Program-made: the position numbers and the translations under genes
NCBI GenBank assembly: GCA_041907545.1
Contig: JAYRGX010000002.1
Coordinates: 118,870-182,869, forward strand
Direction: 5' to 3'
Length of the DNA: 64,000 nucleotides
Source of the DNA: Bacteroides sp.
Lineage (GTDB): Bacteria > Bacteroidota > Bacteroidia > Bacteroidales > Bacteroidaceae
Notes under the pieces: generated by a model
The model's input: the letters and a program-made list of their open reading frames with translations, nothing else
What the model was told of the DNA's origin: nothing
The model's database searches: none
Shown here: positions 51,356 to 60,796 of the stretch, one piece after another
Position numbering within the stretch: the first letter of the stretch is position 1
Layout of the letters: each line of letters starts with the position of its first letter

Positions 51356-52348
51356 ATGATAGAAAAACTGATTGTTCTCGAGGATATTGATCCGGTAATT
51401 TTTTACGGAGTGAATAACACAAATATGCAACTGATAAAAGCTTTATATCCAAAGCTTAGAATTGTTGCTCGTGGCAATGTGATCAAAGTATTGGGAGATG
51501 AAGAGCAAATGTGTGCTTTTGAAGAAAACATCATCAAGCTCGAGAAATATTGCGCCGAATACAATTCGCTAAAAGAAGAAGTTATCATCGATATCATCAA
51601 AGGCAATGCGCCTCAAGCAGAAAAATCGGGAAATGTCATCGTATTCAGTGTCACCGGAAAGCCTATTATTCCGCGAAGTGAAAATCAATTAAAACTGGTG
51701 GAAGGTTTCGCCAAAAACGATTTGATATTCGCTATCGGACCGGCCGGATCAGGAAAAACATATACTGCCATTGCTCTTGCAGTACGGGCACTGAAAAATA
51801 AAGAAATAAAGAAGATTATACTCAGTCGCCCGGCCGTCGAAGCGGGTGAAAAGCTTGGTTTCCTCCCCGGAGATATGAAGGATAAAATAGATCCATACCT
51901 TCAACCTCTCTATGATGCTTTGCAGGATATGATCCCTGCTGCCAAACTCAAAGAATATATGGAGCTAAATATTATTCAAATTGCTCCACTCGCCTTTATG
52001 CGAGGCCGTACACTGAATGATGCGGTAGTTATTTTGGATGAAGCTCAAAACACCACTGTTCAGCAAATCAAGATGTTTCTTACCCGCATGGGGATGAACA
52101 CAAAGATGATTGTAACCGGAGATATGACCCAGATCGACTTACCGACCTCACAAACTTCGGGATTAATTCAGGCTCTCCGCATTCTGAAAGGAGTTAAAGG
52201 TATCAGTTTTGTTGAATTGAATAAAAAGGATATTGTGCGTCATAAACTGGTGGAACGTATAGTGGATGCATACGAAAAGTTTGACAAGGAATTGATCGAT
52301 CAAAAGAGACAAAGGGAAGAAAGCAGGCAACTGGAAAAAATAAATTAA
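51356..52348 (+). CDS. phoH: PhoH family ATPase
   Basis: 330-aa ORF with Walker A GPAGSGKTYTAIA and ILDEAQNTT. Confidence 0.93.
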   Translation: MIEKLIVLEDIDPVIFYGVNNTNMQLIKALYPKLRIVARGNVIKVLGDEEQMCAFEENIIKLEKYCAEYNSLKEEVIIDIIKGNAPQAEKSGNVIVFSVTGKPIIPRSENQLKLVEGFAKNDLIFAIGPAGSGKTYTAIALAVRALKNKEIKKIILSRPAVEAGEKLGFLPGDMKDKIDPYLQPLYDALQDMIPAAKLKEYMELNIIQIAPLAFMRGRTLNDAVVILDEAQNTTVQQIKMFLTRMGMNTKMIVTGDMTQIDLPTSQTSGLIQALRILKGVKGISFVELNKKDIVRHKLVERIVDAYEKFDKELIDQKRQREESRQLEKIN

Positions 52349-52407
52349 GAAGCGGGCAGAATTTATCACTCGCTTAAGTCAACAACCGTTATTAAAACAA
52401 TATAAAA

Positions 52408-53355
52408 ATGAAAGCATTAACTAAGACTGATTTCCATTTTCCGGGACAGAAGAGTGTTTATCACGGAAAAGTTCGTGATGTGTATAATATTGGTGGTGAA
52501 AAGCTGGTTATGGTAGCAACTGATCGTATCTCCGCTTTTGACGTAGTATTACCCAAAGGCATTCCTTTCAAAGGACAAATGCTCAATCAGATTGCGGCTA
52601 AATTTCTGGATGCTACAACAGATATTTGTCCTAATTGGAAAGTGTCTACTCCCGACCCTATGGTGACTGTAGGTGTGTTATGCGAAGGTTTCCCCATTGA
52701 AATGATTGTACGTGGTTATTTATGCGGAAGTGCATGGCGTACATACAAGAGTGGCGTTCGTGAAATCTGCGGAATTAAGTTACCCGAAGGAATGAAAGAA
52801 AATCAGAAGTTCCCGGAACCGATCATCACCCCTACCACAAAGGCTGAAATAGGAGAACATGATGCAGACATTTCAAAAGAAGAAATCCTAGAGAAAGGAT
52901 TGGCTACTCCCGAAGAATATGCAATTCTTGAGAAGTACACTATGGAACTATTTAAGCGCGGTGCTGAAATAGCTGCTGCACGCGGACTTATTCTTGTTGA
53001 TACCAAATACGAATTTGGTAAACATAATGGAACAATATACCTGATGGATGAAATCCACACTCCGGATTCAAGCCGTTATTTTTATTTGGAAGGATATCAG
53101 GAACGTTTTGAAAAAGGAGAAGCTCAAAAACAACTTTCAAAAGAGTTCGTTAGAGAATGGTTAATGGACAATGGTTTCCAAGGAAAAACAGGACAACAGG
53201 TTCCTGAAATGACAGATGAAATCGTAACTTCCATCAGCGAACGTTATATTGAATTATACGAGCATATCACCGGAGAAACATTCGTAAAAGAAAATGCCGG
53301 AGATATTGCTGCGCGTATTGAAAAGAATGTCACTGACGAACTGAACGGAAAATAA
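52408..53355 (+). CDS. purC: phosphoribosylaminoimidazole-succinocarboxamide synthase
   Basis: 315-aa ORF of the long-type SAICAR synthase (GKVRDVY...ATDRISAFD...LVDTKYEFG). Confidence 0.93.
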   Translation: MKALTKTDFHFPGQKSVYHGKVRDVYNIGGEKLVMVATDRISAFDVVLPKGIPFKGQMLNQIAAKFLDATTDICPNWKVSTPDPMVTVGVLCEGFPIEMIVRGYLCGSAWRTYKSGVREICGIKLPEGMKENQKFPEPIITPTTKAEIGEHDADISKEEILEKGLATPEEYAILEKYTMELFKRGAEIAAARGLILVDTKYEFGKHNGTIYLMDEIHTPDSSRYFYLEGYQERFEKGEAQKQLSKEFVREWLMDNGFQGKTGQQVPEMTDEIVTSISERYIELYEHITGETFVKENAGDIAARIEKNVTDELNGK

Positions 53356-53460
53356 TCCGAATAGTCTCATACAATAGACAATAATTAAACGGTGATTGAG
53401 GTGGTTGATGAAAAGCATAATAAGCATTCATCAATCACCCATCGTTAAATATCAAATCGA

Positions 53461-54198
53461 ATGAATTACCCTCAGGAAGAAATCAAACCTTATTCGCAAA
53501 GCGGAAAAAAAAGTGAGCAAGTGGAAGTGATGTTCGATCATATCGCTCCTGCTTATGATAAACTAAATCATGCCCTTTCGCTAGGCATTGATAAGAGTTG
53601 GCGTCAGAAAGCGATAGGATATTTAAAGCCTTTTCACCCTGAGGAGATCATGGATGTAGCCACAGGAACAGGAGATTTTGCAATACTCGCTTGTAGGGAA
53701 TTGAAACCGAAATCTCTTATTGGGACGGATATCTCGGAAGGTATGATGAATGTTGGCCGTAAAAAGGTGGAATTGGCACAGATGTCAGATATCATTTCGT
53801 TCGCACGTGAAGATTGTACCGACCTTTCATTCGCTCCCGACACATTCGATGCTGTCACTGTAGCCTTTGGTATTCGTAACTTTGACGATCTCGATAAAGG
53901 ACTCTCTGAAATATACCGGGTACTGAAACCGGGAGGACATCTAGTTATCCTGGAACTATCCACGCCGGAGAAATTCCCAATGAAACAGCTCTTTACGATT
54001 TATTCAAAAGTGGTCATTCCGTTTATGGGGCGTAGCCTCTCAAAAGATAATAGCGCATACACTTACTTACCACAAAGCATCCGTGCTTTCCCGCAAGGCG
54101 AAGTCATGCAGAATGTCATTCGCAAAGCCGGATTCAGTGAAGTGAGTTTCAAGCGACTGACATTTGGAATATGTACGTTGTACACGGCAACGAAATAA
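53461..54198 (+). CDS. ubiE: demethylmenaquinone/ubiquinone C-methyltransferase
   Basis: 245-aa ORF with [17 protein letters not shown] and the SAM motif [10 protein letters not shown]. Confidence 0.9.
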   Translation: MNYPQEEIKPYSQSGKKSEQVEVMFDHIAPAYDKLNHALSLGIDKSWRQKAIGYLKPFHPEEIMDVATGTGDFAILACRELKPKSLIGTDISEGMMNVGRKKVELAQMSDIISFAREDCTDLSFAPDTFDAVTVAFGIRNFDDLDKGLSEIYRVLKPGGHLVILELSTPEKFPMKQLFTIYSKVVIPFMGRSLSKDNSAYTYLPQSIRAFPQGEVMQNVIRKAGFSEVSFKRLTFGICTLYTATK

Positions 54199-54276
54199 AG
54201 CACTTCTTCTATAAAAAGCACGAAAAGACTCGCTATAAAAGCTTTTAATCATAAATCAACGATCAATAAAAGAAAT

Positions 54277-55023
54277 ATGCAAAAATACGGTTTAATAGGC
54301 TATCCATTAAAACATTCTTTCTCCATCGGGTATTTTAATGAAAAGTTTAGAGCGGAGAATATCAATGCTGAGTATGTAAATTTTGAAATTCCAAGCATTG
54401 AGAACTTTATGGAAATCATCGAAGAGAATCCTGATCTCAATGGGCTGAATGTAACCATACCCTACAAAGAGCAGGTCATTCCTTATCTTGATGAACTGGA
54501 TAAAGACACCGCTAAAAGAATCGGTGCGGTAAATGTAATCAAAATCATCCGCCAGAAAAGCAAAGTGAAGCTTGTCGGTTACAACTCCGACATTATTGGG
54601 TTCACCAAATCTATTCAACCGCTACTGCAATCGCATCATAAGAATGCCTTGATTCTGGGGACAGGCGGAGCATCAAAAGCCGTGTATTACGGACTGCTCG
54701 ATTTAGGGATTAAAAGCACATTCGTATCACGTTCTAAAAAAGGTCCGAATACCATCACGTATGAAGAAATAACCCCTGAACTCATTGAGAAGAATACGGT
54801 TATAGTCAATTCCACTCCTGTGGGCATGTATCCCAAAGTGGACTATTGTCCCTTTCTTCCTTACAAAAGTCTTACTCCGAGGCATTTGTTATATGACTTG
54901 CTGTACAACCCCAATGAAACTTTATTTATGAAAAAAGGGCAAGATCAGGGAGCAACAACTAAAAATGGATTGGAAATGCTGCTTTTACAAGCATTTGCAG
55001 CATGGGAGATCTGGAATAAATAA
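54277..55023 (+). CDS. aroE: shikimate dehydrogenase
   Basis: 248-aa ORF with GLIGYPLKHSFS, NVTIPYK and GTGGASKAV. Confidence 0.92.
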   Translation: MQKYGLIGYPLKHSFSIGYFNEKFRAENINAEYVNFEIPSIENFMEIIEENPDLNGLNVTIPYKEQVIPYLDELDKDTAKRIGAVNVIKIIRQKSKVKLVGYNSDIIGFTKSIQPLLQSHHKNALILGTGGASKAVYYGLLDLGIKSTFVSRSKKGPNTITYEEITPELIEKNTVIVNSTPVGMYPKVDYCPFLPYKSLTPRHLLYDLLYNPNETLFMKKGQDQGATTKNGLEMLLLQAFAAWEIWNK

Positions 55024-55063
55024 GCTTTCGGATATTAAAAGAAACATAGCGGAATATTTCAAT

Positions 55064-56014
55064 ATGAAAAAAAGAACAAAATATATTCTGGGAATCACTC
55101 TCACTTTCATTATCCTCGTTATTACGGGGGCAAGCTTTTTCATGTTGAATTATTCCCTCACCCCATCACAGAATAAAGGGAGAAATCTGTCCGGCTCATA
55201 TACATTCATGTTCAAAGAATATCCATACATCAAGCCTTGGGTTGATAGTCTGCAAAATGTGAAGGCTTTGCGCGATACATTTATTGTTAATGCGGAGGGG
55301 GTAAAGTTGCATGCCATCTATGTCAAAGCTGCACAACATACCCAAAAGACGGCCGTAATCGTTCATGGCTACACCGACGACTGTGTGCGCATGCTTATGA
55401 TCGGATATCTATATCACCGGAATCTAAATTACAACATCCTTTTACCGGATCTGCAAAGTCACGGACTAAGTGAAGGCCGGGCAATACAGATGGGGTGGAA
55501 AGATCGATTGGATGTCATGAAATGGATGGATATAGCTAATAGTATTTTCGGTGGAAAAACAGAAATGGTGGTCCATGGCATTTCAATGGGTGCTGCAACC
55601 ACGATGATGGTTTCGGGAGAACATCCCGCTCCGTATGTAAAATGCTTTGTGGAAGATTGCGGCTATACCAGTGTATGGGATGAATTTGAACAAGAGCTGA
55701 AAGGCAGGTTCAGCCTTCCTTCTTTCCCTTTGATGAATACCACCAGCATGCTCTGTCAACTCAAATACGATTGGAACTTTAAGGAAGCCTCTTCGTTGAA
55801 ACAAGTAAAGAAATGCCAACTTCCAATGCTATTCATTCATGGGGATGCAGATACCTATGTACCCACACGAATGGTTTATCCGCTTTACTTAGCCAAACCT
55901 GAGCCTAAAGCCATTTGGATCACTCGTGGAGTTGAACATGCCCTATCTTATAAGACATATCCAAAAGAATACACAAAGAAGGTCGGTACATTTACAGGTA
56001 ACTATATCAAATAA
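55064..56014 (+). CDS. alpha/beta hydrolase, membrane-anchored
   Basis: The start is at MKKRTKYILGITL (M34 of the tracked ORF, which otherwise overlaps aroE). Nucleophile elbow HGISMGA. Confidence 0.85.
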   Translation: MKKRTKYILGITLTFIILVITGASFFMLNYSLTPSQNKGRNLSGSYTFMFKEYPYIKPWVDSLQNVKALRDTFIVNAEGVKLHAIYVKAAQHTQKTAVIVHGYTDDCVRMLMIGYLYHRNLNYNILLPDLQSHGLSEGRAIQMGWKDRLDVMKWMDIANSIFGGKTEMVVHGISMGAATTMMVSGEHPAPYVKCFVEDCGYTSVWDEFEQELKGRFSLPSFPLMNTTSMLCQLKYDWNFKEASSLKQVKKCQLPMLFIHGDADTYVPTRMVYPLYLAKPEPKAIWITRGVEHALSYKTYPKEYTKKVGTFTGNYIK

Positions 56015-56152
56015 AGAACCGATAGTCCTTGGTTCATAAGCACATCTTTAACATCCCTTTTCCCTAAAGACACATAGCTCCTCGAGTTCGGTTAAGTGTC
56101 ATTAAAAACAGTCGATTTTTATGCCGCATTGCGGATATGCAAGAAATATCTG

Positions 56153-56160
56153 TATATTTG
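56153..56160 (+). promoter_or_regulatory. -7 promoter box TAnnTTTG for the TPM-lemA pair
   Basis: TATATTTG lies 19 nt upstream of the ATG at 56180 and inside the tracked N-terminal extension. Confidence 0.6.
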
Positions 56161-56179
56161 CTGCTATAATGCAAAACAA

Positions 56180-57094
56180 ATGAAAAAGTTAATTCCTCTC
56201 ATATTACTATTGATGTCTGTTTCGCTTGCAGCGCAAACGCAACAGGTATATACCATCGATAATATCCCCAAAGTACATTTGCAAGATAAGACGCGCTATG
56301 TCTGCGACCCAACTAATATTTTATCTGTCGAAGCACGGGACAGTATCGACCGAATGCTGTATGCCTTGGAACAAAAGACCGGGATAGAATCGGTCATAGC
56401 GGTAGTACCCTCGATAGGCAGCGAAGATTGTTTCGACTTTTCCCATCAATTGCTCAATAAGTGGGGAGTAGGAAAGAAAGAGAAAAATAACGGACTAGTC
56501 ATTCTTCTGGTTACCGACCAGCGCTGTATCCAGTTCTATACAGGATATGGTTTGGAAGGCGATCTTCCTGATGCGATTTGCAAACGCATACAAACGCGCA
56601 AAATGATACCCTATCTGAAAGATGGTAACTGGGACGCAGGTATGGTAGCCGGCATACAATCAGTCTGCAAAGTACTGGACGGAAGCATGACAAATGATTC
56701 TGAAGATGAAGACAACGAACCTTTCGGTAGCATACTTTTCGCTATCTTCGGTGTGTTTGCCGTGATCATGATTATCAGTATATTGATTGCGCGCAAAGCC
56801 AATAAATGTCCGAAGTGTGGAAAACATAAATTGCAACGCACCAACGTTTCGCTTATTTCAAACAAGAACGGCATAAAGACGGAAGAAATTGTATATACCT
56901 GCCGGAATTGTGGAAACCAGGTGATACGTCGCCATCAATCCGAAGACGACGATTACCACAGTGGAGGAGGAATAGGCCCATTTGTTGGAGGTCTTGGCGG
57001 CGGCTTCTTTGGCGGCGGCGGAGGCGGAGGCTTCAGTGGCGGAAGTTTTGGAGGAGGTTCCGGTGGAGGTGGCGGAGCCGGTTCCCGTTTTTAA
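56180..57094 (+). CDS. TPM-domain (YgcG-like) protein with a TM helix, zinc ribbon and Gly-rich tail
   Basis: Signal peptide MKKLIPLILLLMSVSLAAQ, then a TPM-like domain, then the TM helix FGSILFAIFGVFAVIMIISILIA, then CPKCG...CRNCG, then a poly-Gly tail. Confidence 0.85.
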   Translation: MKKLIPLILLLMSVSLAAQTQQVYTIDNIPKVHLQDKTRYVCDPTNILSVEARDSIDRMLYALEQKTGIESVIAVVPSIGSEDCFDFSHQLLNKWGVGKKEKNNGLVILLVTDQRCIQFYTGYGLEGDLPDAICKRIQTRKMIPYLKDGNWDAGMVAGIQSVCKVLDGSMTNDSEDEDNEPFGSILFAIFGVFAVIMIISILIARKANKCPKCGKHKLQRTNVSLISNKNGIKTEEIVYTCRNCGNQVIRRHQSEDDDYHSGGGIGPFVGGLGGGFFGGGGGGGFSGGSFGGGSGGGGGAGSRF

Positions 57095-57148
57095 TCGTGA
57101 CCAATTCATTAATAAATAGAATAAATTATCATTTAATAATAACTACGT

Positions 57149-57730
57149 ATGAAGAAATCTACTATTATTCTTCTTGTGGCTGTAGCCATTGTTCTCCTTT
57201 GGGGCGTAACCGGTTACAACGGTTTGGTAAATATGGATGAAAAAGTAAGTAACCAATGGGCAAATGTTGAAACTCAATATCAGCGTCGTGCCGATTTGAT
57301 TCCTAATTTGGTAAGTACAGTCAAAGGATATGCGACCCATGAAAAAGAGACATTGGAGGGAGTTGTGCAAGCAAGAAGTCAGGCTACTCAAATAAAAGTT
57401 GATGCAAATGATCTTACTCCAGAAAAGCTTGCCCAATATCAAAAAGCTCAAGGTGCAATAACTTCTGCACTTGGAAAATTGTTGGCTATTACCGAAAACT
57501 ATCCTGATTTGAAAGCTAATCAGAACTTCCTTGAACTACAAGCTCAGTTGGAAGGTACTGAAAATCGCATCAATGTAGCTCGTAAAGACTTCAATGATTC
57601 AACTAAAGCATATAATGCTTCTATCCGTAAATTCCCCAAAAACATATTGGCAGGCATTTTCGGATTTAGCAAACGAGCTTATTTCGAAGCAGCTGAAGGC
57701 GCAGAAAATGCTCCTAAAGTTGAATTCTAA
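57149..57730 (+). CDS. lemA: LemA family protein
   Basis: 193-aa ORF with an N-terminal TM helix and the conserved YNGLV...QRRADLIPNLV...ENRI motifs. Confidence 0.92.
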   Translation: MKKSTIILLVAVAIVLLWGVTGYNGLVNMDEKVSNQWANVETQYQRRADLIPNLVSTVKGYATHEKETLEGVVQARSQATQIKVDANDLTPEKLAQYQKAQGAITSALGKLLAITENYPDLKANQNFLELQAQLEGTENRINVARKDFNDSTKAYNASIRKFPKNILAGIFGFSKRAYFEAAEGAENAPKVEF

Positions 57731-57767
57731 AACATTCATAGCTTAAGCCATAAGGCTTAATTGATTA

Positions 57768-57869
57768 AAGGAGGTGTGTCAAAAGCCCCTATTTCATAAA
57801 AACGCCCTTGTTACAGCATGTTGTAGCAAGGGCGTTCTGCTATTTTTTTGCCTTTTGACACACCTTCTT
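57768..57869. repeat. 102-bp nested inverted-repeat element
   Basis: The outer arms aaggaggtgtgtcaaaag and cttttgacacaccttctt match at 17/18 positions and enclose the lemA terminator hairpin. Confidence 0.8.
57801..57849 (+). terminator. rho-independent terminator after lemA
   Basis: aacgcccttgttaca...tgtagcaagggcgtt forms a 15-bp stem, then ctgcta plus TTTTTTT. Confidence 0.75.
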
Positions 57870-58116
57870 GTATTCTATAGGACAATGCTATCCGGATAAA
57901 ATGTAGCATTCATAACTTGAACTTGAACTCAAACAATACAAATAAAAGTTATATCCTATTTTGCTATCATGCCCTCATATATTCGCTACATTCCCCTATT
58001 CATGGGCTATCAAAGGATGATGGTAATAGTGAGAGACACTATGAGAGTAAACAGTTACCCTCATAGTCATCACATCAACCGATAATCTGTTTTAGCACAA
58101 GTCCTAATCAATATAA

Positions 58117-58204
58117 GTTACCCACAACTGTGACTCATGTGCTCCACAGCTGTGACTCACGTGAACCACAACTGTGGCGCAAGTTACCCACAGCCGTGGG
58201 TAAC
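58117..58204. repeat. four tandem 22-bp repeats, each with an internal CCACAnCTGTG-type palindrome
   Basis: The units are gttacccacaactgtgactcat, gtgctccacagctgtgactcac, gtgaaccacaactgtggcgcaa and gttacccacagccgtgggtaac. Twelve of 22 columns are invariant. Unit 4 is a 9+4+9 palindrome. Confidence 0.85.
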
Positions 58205-58380
58205 CAATGAACATAGAAGTAAAGCAAAAGCATAATAGAGAAATAAACAAAAGCTAAAGCATGTGCTACTCAAAAGCTAACCGAGAATAAGGTCTTAATC
58301 CATACCTATCTTCATCTTTCACTGCAGGCAGGTAGACGCACTTTCTTTTGCAAACGCAAGGCAGTAAGCAAAATAATGAC

Positions 58381-58388
58381 TATTTTTG
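58381..58388 (+). promoter_or_regulatory. -7 promoter box TAnnTTTG for purM
   Basis: TATTTTTG overlaps the TTG start of the tracked ORF and lies 30 nt upstream of the ATG at 58419. Confidence 0.6.
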
Positions 58389-58418
58389 CACATTCAATCG
58401 AAGCAAATCAAAAAACTC

Positions 58419-59588
58419 ATGAGTAATCAAAGATACATGATGCGGGGTGTCAGCGCATCGAAAGAAGATGTACACAACGCTATTAAAAACATCGATAAAG
58501 GTATATTCCCTAAAGCTTTTTGTAAAATAATTCCCGACATCCTAGGAGGAGATCCGGAGTATTGCAACATCATGCATGCCGATGGAGCCGGTACCAAGTC
58601 ATCATTAGCTTATCTTTACTGGAAAGAAACAGGTGATGTAGCTGTCTGGAAAGGTATTGCACAAGATGCTCTAATCATGAATATCGACGATTTACTTTGC
58701 GTAGGTGCGGTGGACAATATTTTGGTATCTTCCACTATCGGTCGCAATAAGCTACTTATTCCGGGTGAGGTTATATCGGCCATCATCAACGGAACGGACG
58801 AATTGCTTGCCGAGCTCCGCGAAATGGGTGTCGGTGTATATGCCACAGGAGGCGAAACCGCTGATGTAGGCGACTTGGTTCGTACCATCATTGTAGATAG
58901 CACCGTTACTTGCCGCATGAAACGGAGTGATGTGATAGACAACGCCAATATCCGTCCTGGAGATGTGATTGTAGGATTGGCTTCTTACGGACAAGCAACT
59001 TATGAGAAAGAATATAACGGCGGCATGGGTAGCAACGGACTGACAAGTGCGCGTCATGATGTATTCGCGAAGTATCTTGCCGAAAAATATCCCGAAAGTT
59101 ATGATAAAGCGGTGCCTGACGAACTGGTTTATTCCGGTCAGCTTAAACTGACCGACACCGTTGAAGGTAGCCCTATCAACGCCGGTAAGCTGGTTCTATC
59201 CCCTACCCGTACATACGCTCCTGTTGTGAAAAGACTATTGGATGAACTACGTTCCGATATCCATGGAATGGTGCACTGTTCGGGAGGCGCACAAACAAAA
59301 GTTCTTCATTTCATAAACGACAATTGTCGTGTGATAAAGGATAATTTGTTCCCTGTACCCCCTCTGTTCCGCACCATCAAAGAGCAAAGCAATACAGATT
59401 GGGCGGAAATGTACAAGGTATTCAATATGGGTCACCGCCTGGAAGTCTATCTATCGCAGGAACATGCCGAGAAAGTTATTGCCATAAGCAAGAGCTTCAA
59501 TATTGATGCGCAAATAGTAGGGCGGATTGAAGAAAGTGAAAAAAAGGAATTGATCATAAAAAGTGAATTCGGAGAATTCAACTATTAA
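58419..59588 (+). CDS. purM: phosphoribosylformylglycinamidine cyclo-ligase (AIR synthase, long Bacteroidetes-type)
   Basis: The start is at MSNQRYMMRGVSASKEDVH. It has AIR-synthase N and C domains (HADGAGTKS...DDLLCVGA). Confidence 0.85.
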   Translation: MSNQRYMMRGVSASKEDVHNAIKNIDKGIFPKAFCKIIPDILGGDPEYCNIMHADGAGTKSSLAYLYWKETGDVAVWKGIAQDALIMNIDDLLCVGAVDNILVSSTIGRNKLLIPGEVISAIINGTDELLAELREMGVGVYATGGETADVGDLVRTIIVDSTVTCRMKRSDVIDNANIRPGDVIVGLASYGQATYEKEYNGGMGSNGLTSARHDVFAKYLAEKYPESYDKAVPDELVYSGQLKLTDTVEGSPINAGKLVLSPTRTYAPVVKRLLDELRSDIHGMVHCSGGAQTKVLHFINDNCRVIKDNLFPVPPLFRTIKEQSNTDWAEMYKVFNMGHRLEVYLSQEHAEKVIAISKSFNIDAQIVGRIEESEKKELIIKSEFGEFNY

Positions 59589-59599
59589 TAAAACGAAGA

Positions 59600-60712
59600 A
59601 TGGCAGACAACAATACCATACTCGAGAAATTGGATGGGCTGATAGCCCGCTTTGAAGAAGTGTCCACGCTGATTACCGACCCTGCAGTGATTGCAGATCA
59701 AAAGCGCTACGTCAAACTGACTAAAGAATATAAAGAACTGGGCGATCTGATGGATGCCCGCAAAGAATATCTTCAAGTAATCAACGGCATTGAAGAGGCT
59801 AAAGATATCTTAGCAAACGAGAATGATCCGGAGATGCGCGAAATGGCTAAAGAAGAGCTTGATGCTTGTCAGACACGTCAGCCTGAATTGGAAGAGAACA
59901 TTAAGTTGCTACTGGTACCCGCCGATCCTCAAGACGGTCGGAATGCCATTCTTGAAATCAGAGGTGGTACGGGAGGTGATGAAGCAGCTATTTTTGCAGG
60001 AGATTTATTCCGTATGTACTCCAAGTATTGTGAAACAAAAGGATGGAAACTTGAAATATCAAGTGCCAACGAAGGTGCAGCCGGAGGATTTAAAGAAATT
60101 ATTTGCAGTGTCATCGGTGATAGTGTATATGGCACCTTGAAATATGAATCGGGCGTACACCGCGTACAACGTGTTCCGGCGACTGAAACGCAGGGACGTG
60201 TCCACACTTCGGCAGCATCGGTTGCTGTACTCCCGGAGGCTGAAGAATTTGATGTGGTGATCAACGAAGGAGAGATTAAATGGGATACTTTCCGTAGTGG
60301 TGGCGCAGGTGGACAGAACGTAAATAAGGTGGAATCAGGAGTACGCTTGCGTTATAACTGGAAGAATCCGAATACAGGCGTTGTGGAGGAAATCCTGATA
60401 GAGTGTACCGAAACGCGTGACCAGCCTAAGAACAAAGAGCGCGCACTTGCCCGTCTGCGAACTTTCATTTACGACAAAGAACACCAGAAATATGTGGATG
60501 ACATAGCATCCAAACGAAAAACAATGGTGTCAACGGGCGACCGTTCGGCTAAGATACGCACATACAATTACCCGCAAGGACGTATCACCGATCATCGAAT
60601 TAATTACACGATCTATAATCTTTCCGCTTTCATGGATGGCGACATTCAGGATTGCATCGACCACTTGATCGTTGCAGAAAACGCCGAACGTCTGAAAGAA
60701 AGCGAATTGTAG
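59600..60712 (+). CDS. prfA: peptide chain release factor 1
   Basis: 370-aa ORF with the GGQ motif RSGGAGGQNVNKVES and a PxT-type (PATETQGR) recognition loop. Confidence 0.95.
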   Translation: MADNNTILEKLDGLIARFEEVSTLITDPAVIADQKRYVKLTKEYKELGDLMDARKEYLQVINGIEEAKDILANENDPEMREMAKEELDACQTRQPELEENIKLLLVPADPQDGRNAILEIRGGTGGDEAAIFAGDLFRMYSKYCETKGWKLEISSANEGAAGGFKEIICSVIGDSVYGTLKYESGVHRVQRVPATETQGRVHTSAASVAVLPEAEEFDVVINEGEIKWDTFRSGGAGGQNVNKVESGVRLRYNWKNPNTGVVEEILIECTETRDQPKNKERALARLRTFIYDKEHQKYVDDIASKRKTMVSTGDRSAKIRTYNYPQGRITDHRINYTIYNLSAFMDGDIQDCIDHLIVAENAERLKESEL

Positions 60713-60796
60713 CTATTTGCGGTCGACTAAAACAGGCTAAGATTCTCCGCAACATTATTATAATGTGTACATACAGATAAAAGAGACAAAAACATT

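Noticed and set aside
56858-57240. Two ORFs (83 aa on the minus strand, 110 aa on the plus strand) overlapping the 3' end of the TPM gene
   Set aside because: Both are alternative-frame readings of the GGN-rich poly-Gly coding stretch, giving Ala/Ser/Thr-rich or Arg/Trp-rich low-complexity products. The TPM frame has coherent domain architecture.
58117-58204. The four 22-bp repeats as a CRISPR array
   Set aside because: The repeats are directly adjacent with no spacers, are only about 75 percent identical to one another, and there are no cas genes in the window.
57731-58418. The chromosomal replication origin (oriC), suggested by TTACCCACA boxes that match the DnaA consensus at 8 of 9 positions
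   Set aside because: Support is insufficient. All box-like sequences are confined to the repeat array, and I saw no adjacent AT-rich 13-mer-type unwinding element. No dnaA or dnaN gene is nearby. The 12 genes immediately to the left are on the plus strand, which would be head-on to a fork leaving this site. It is kept only as an alternative within the finding.
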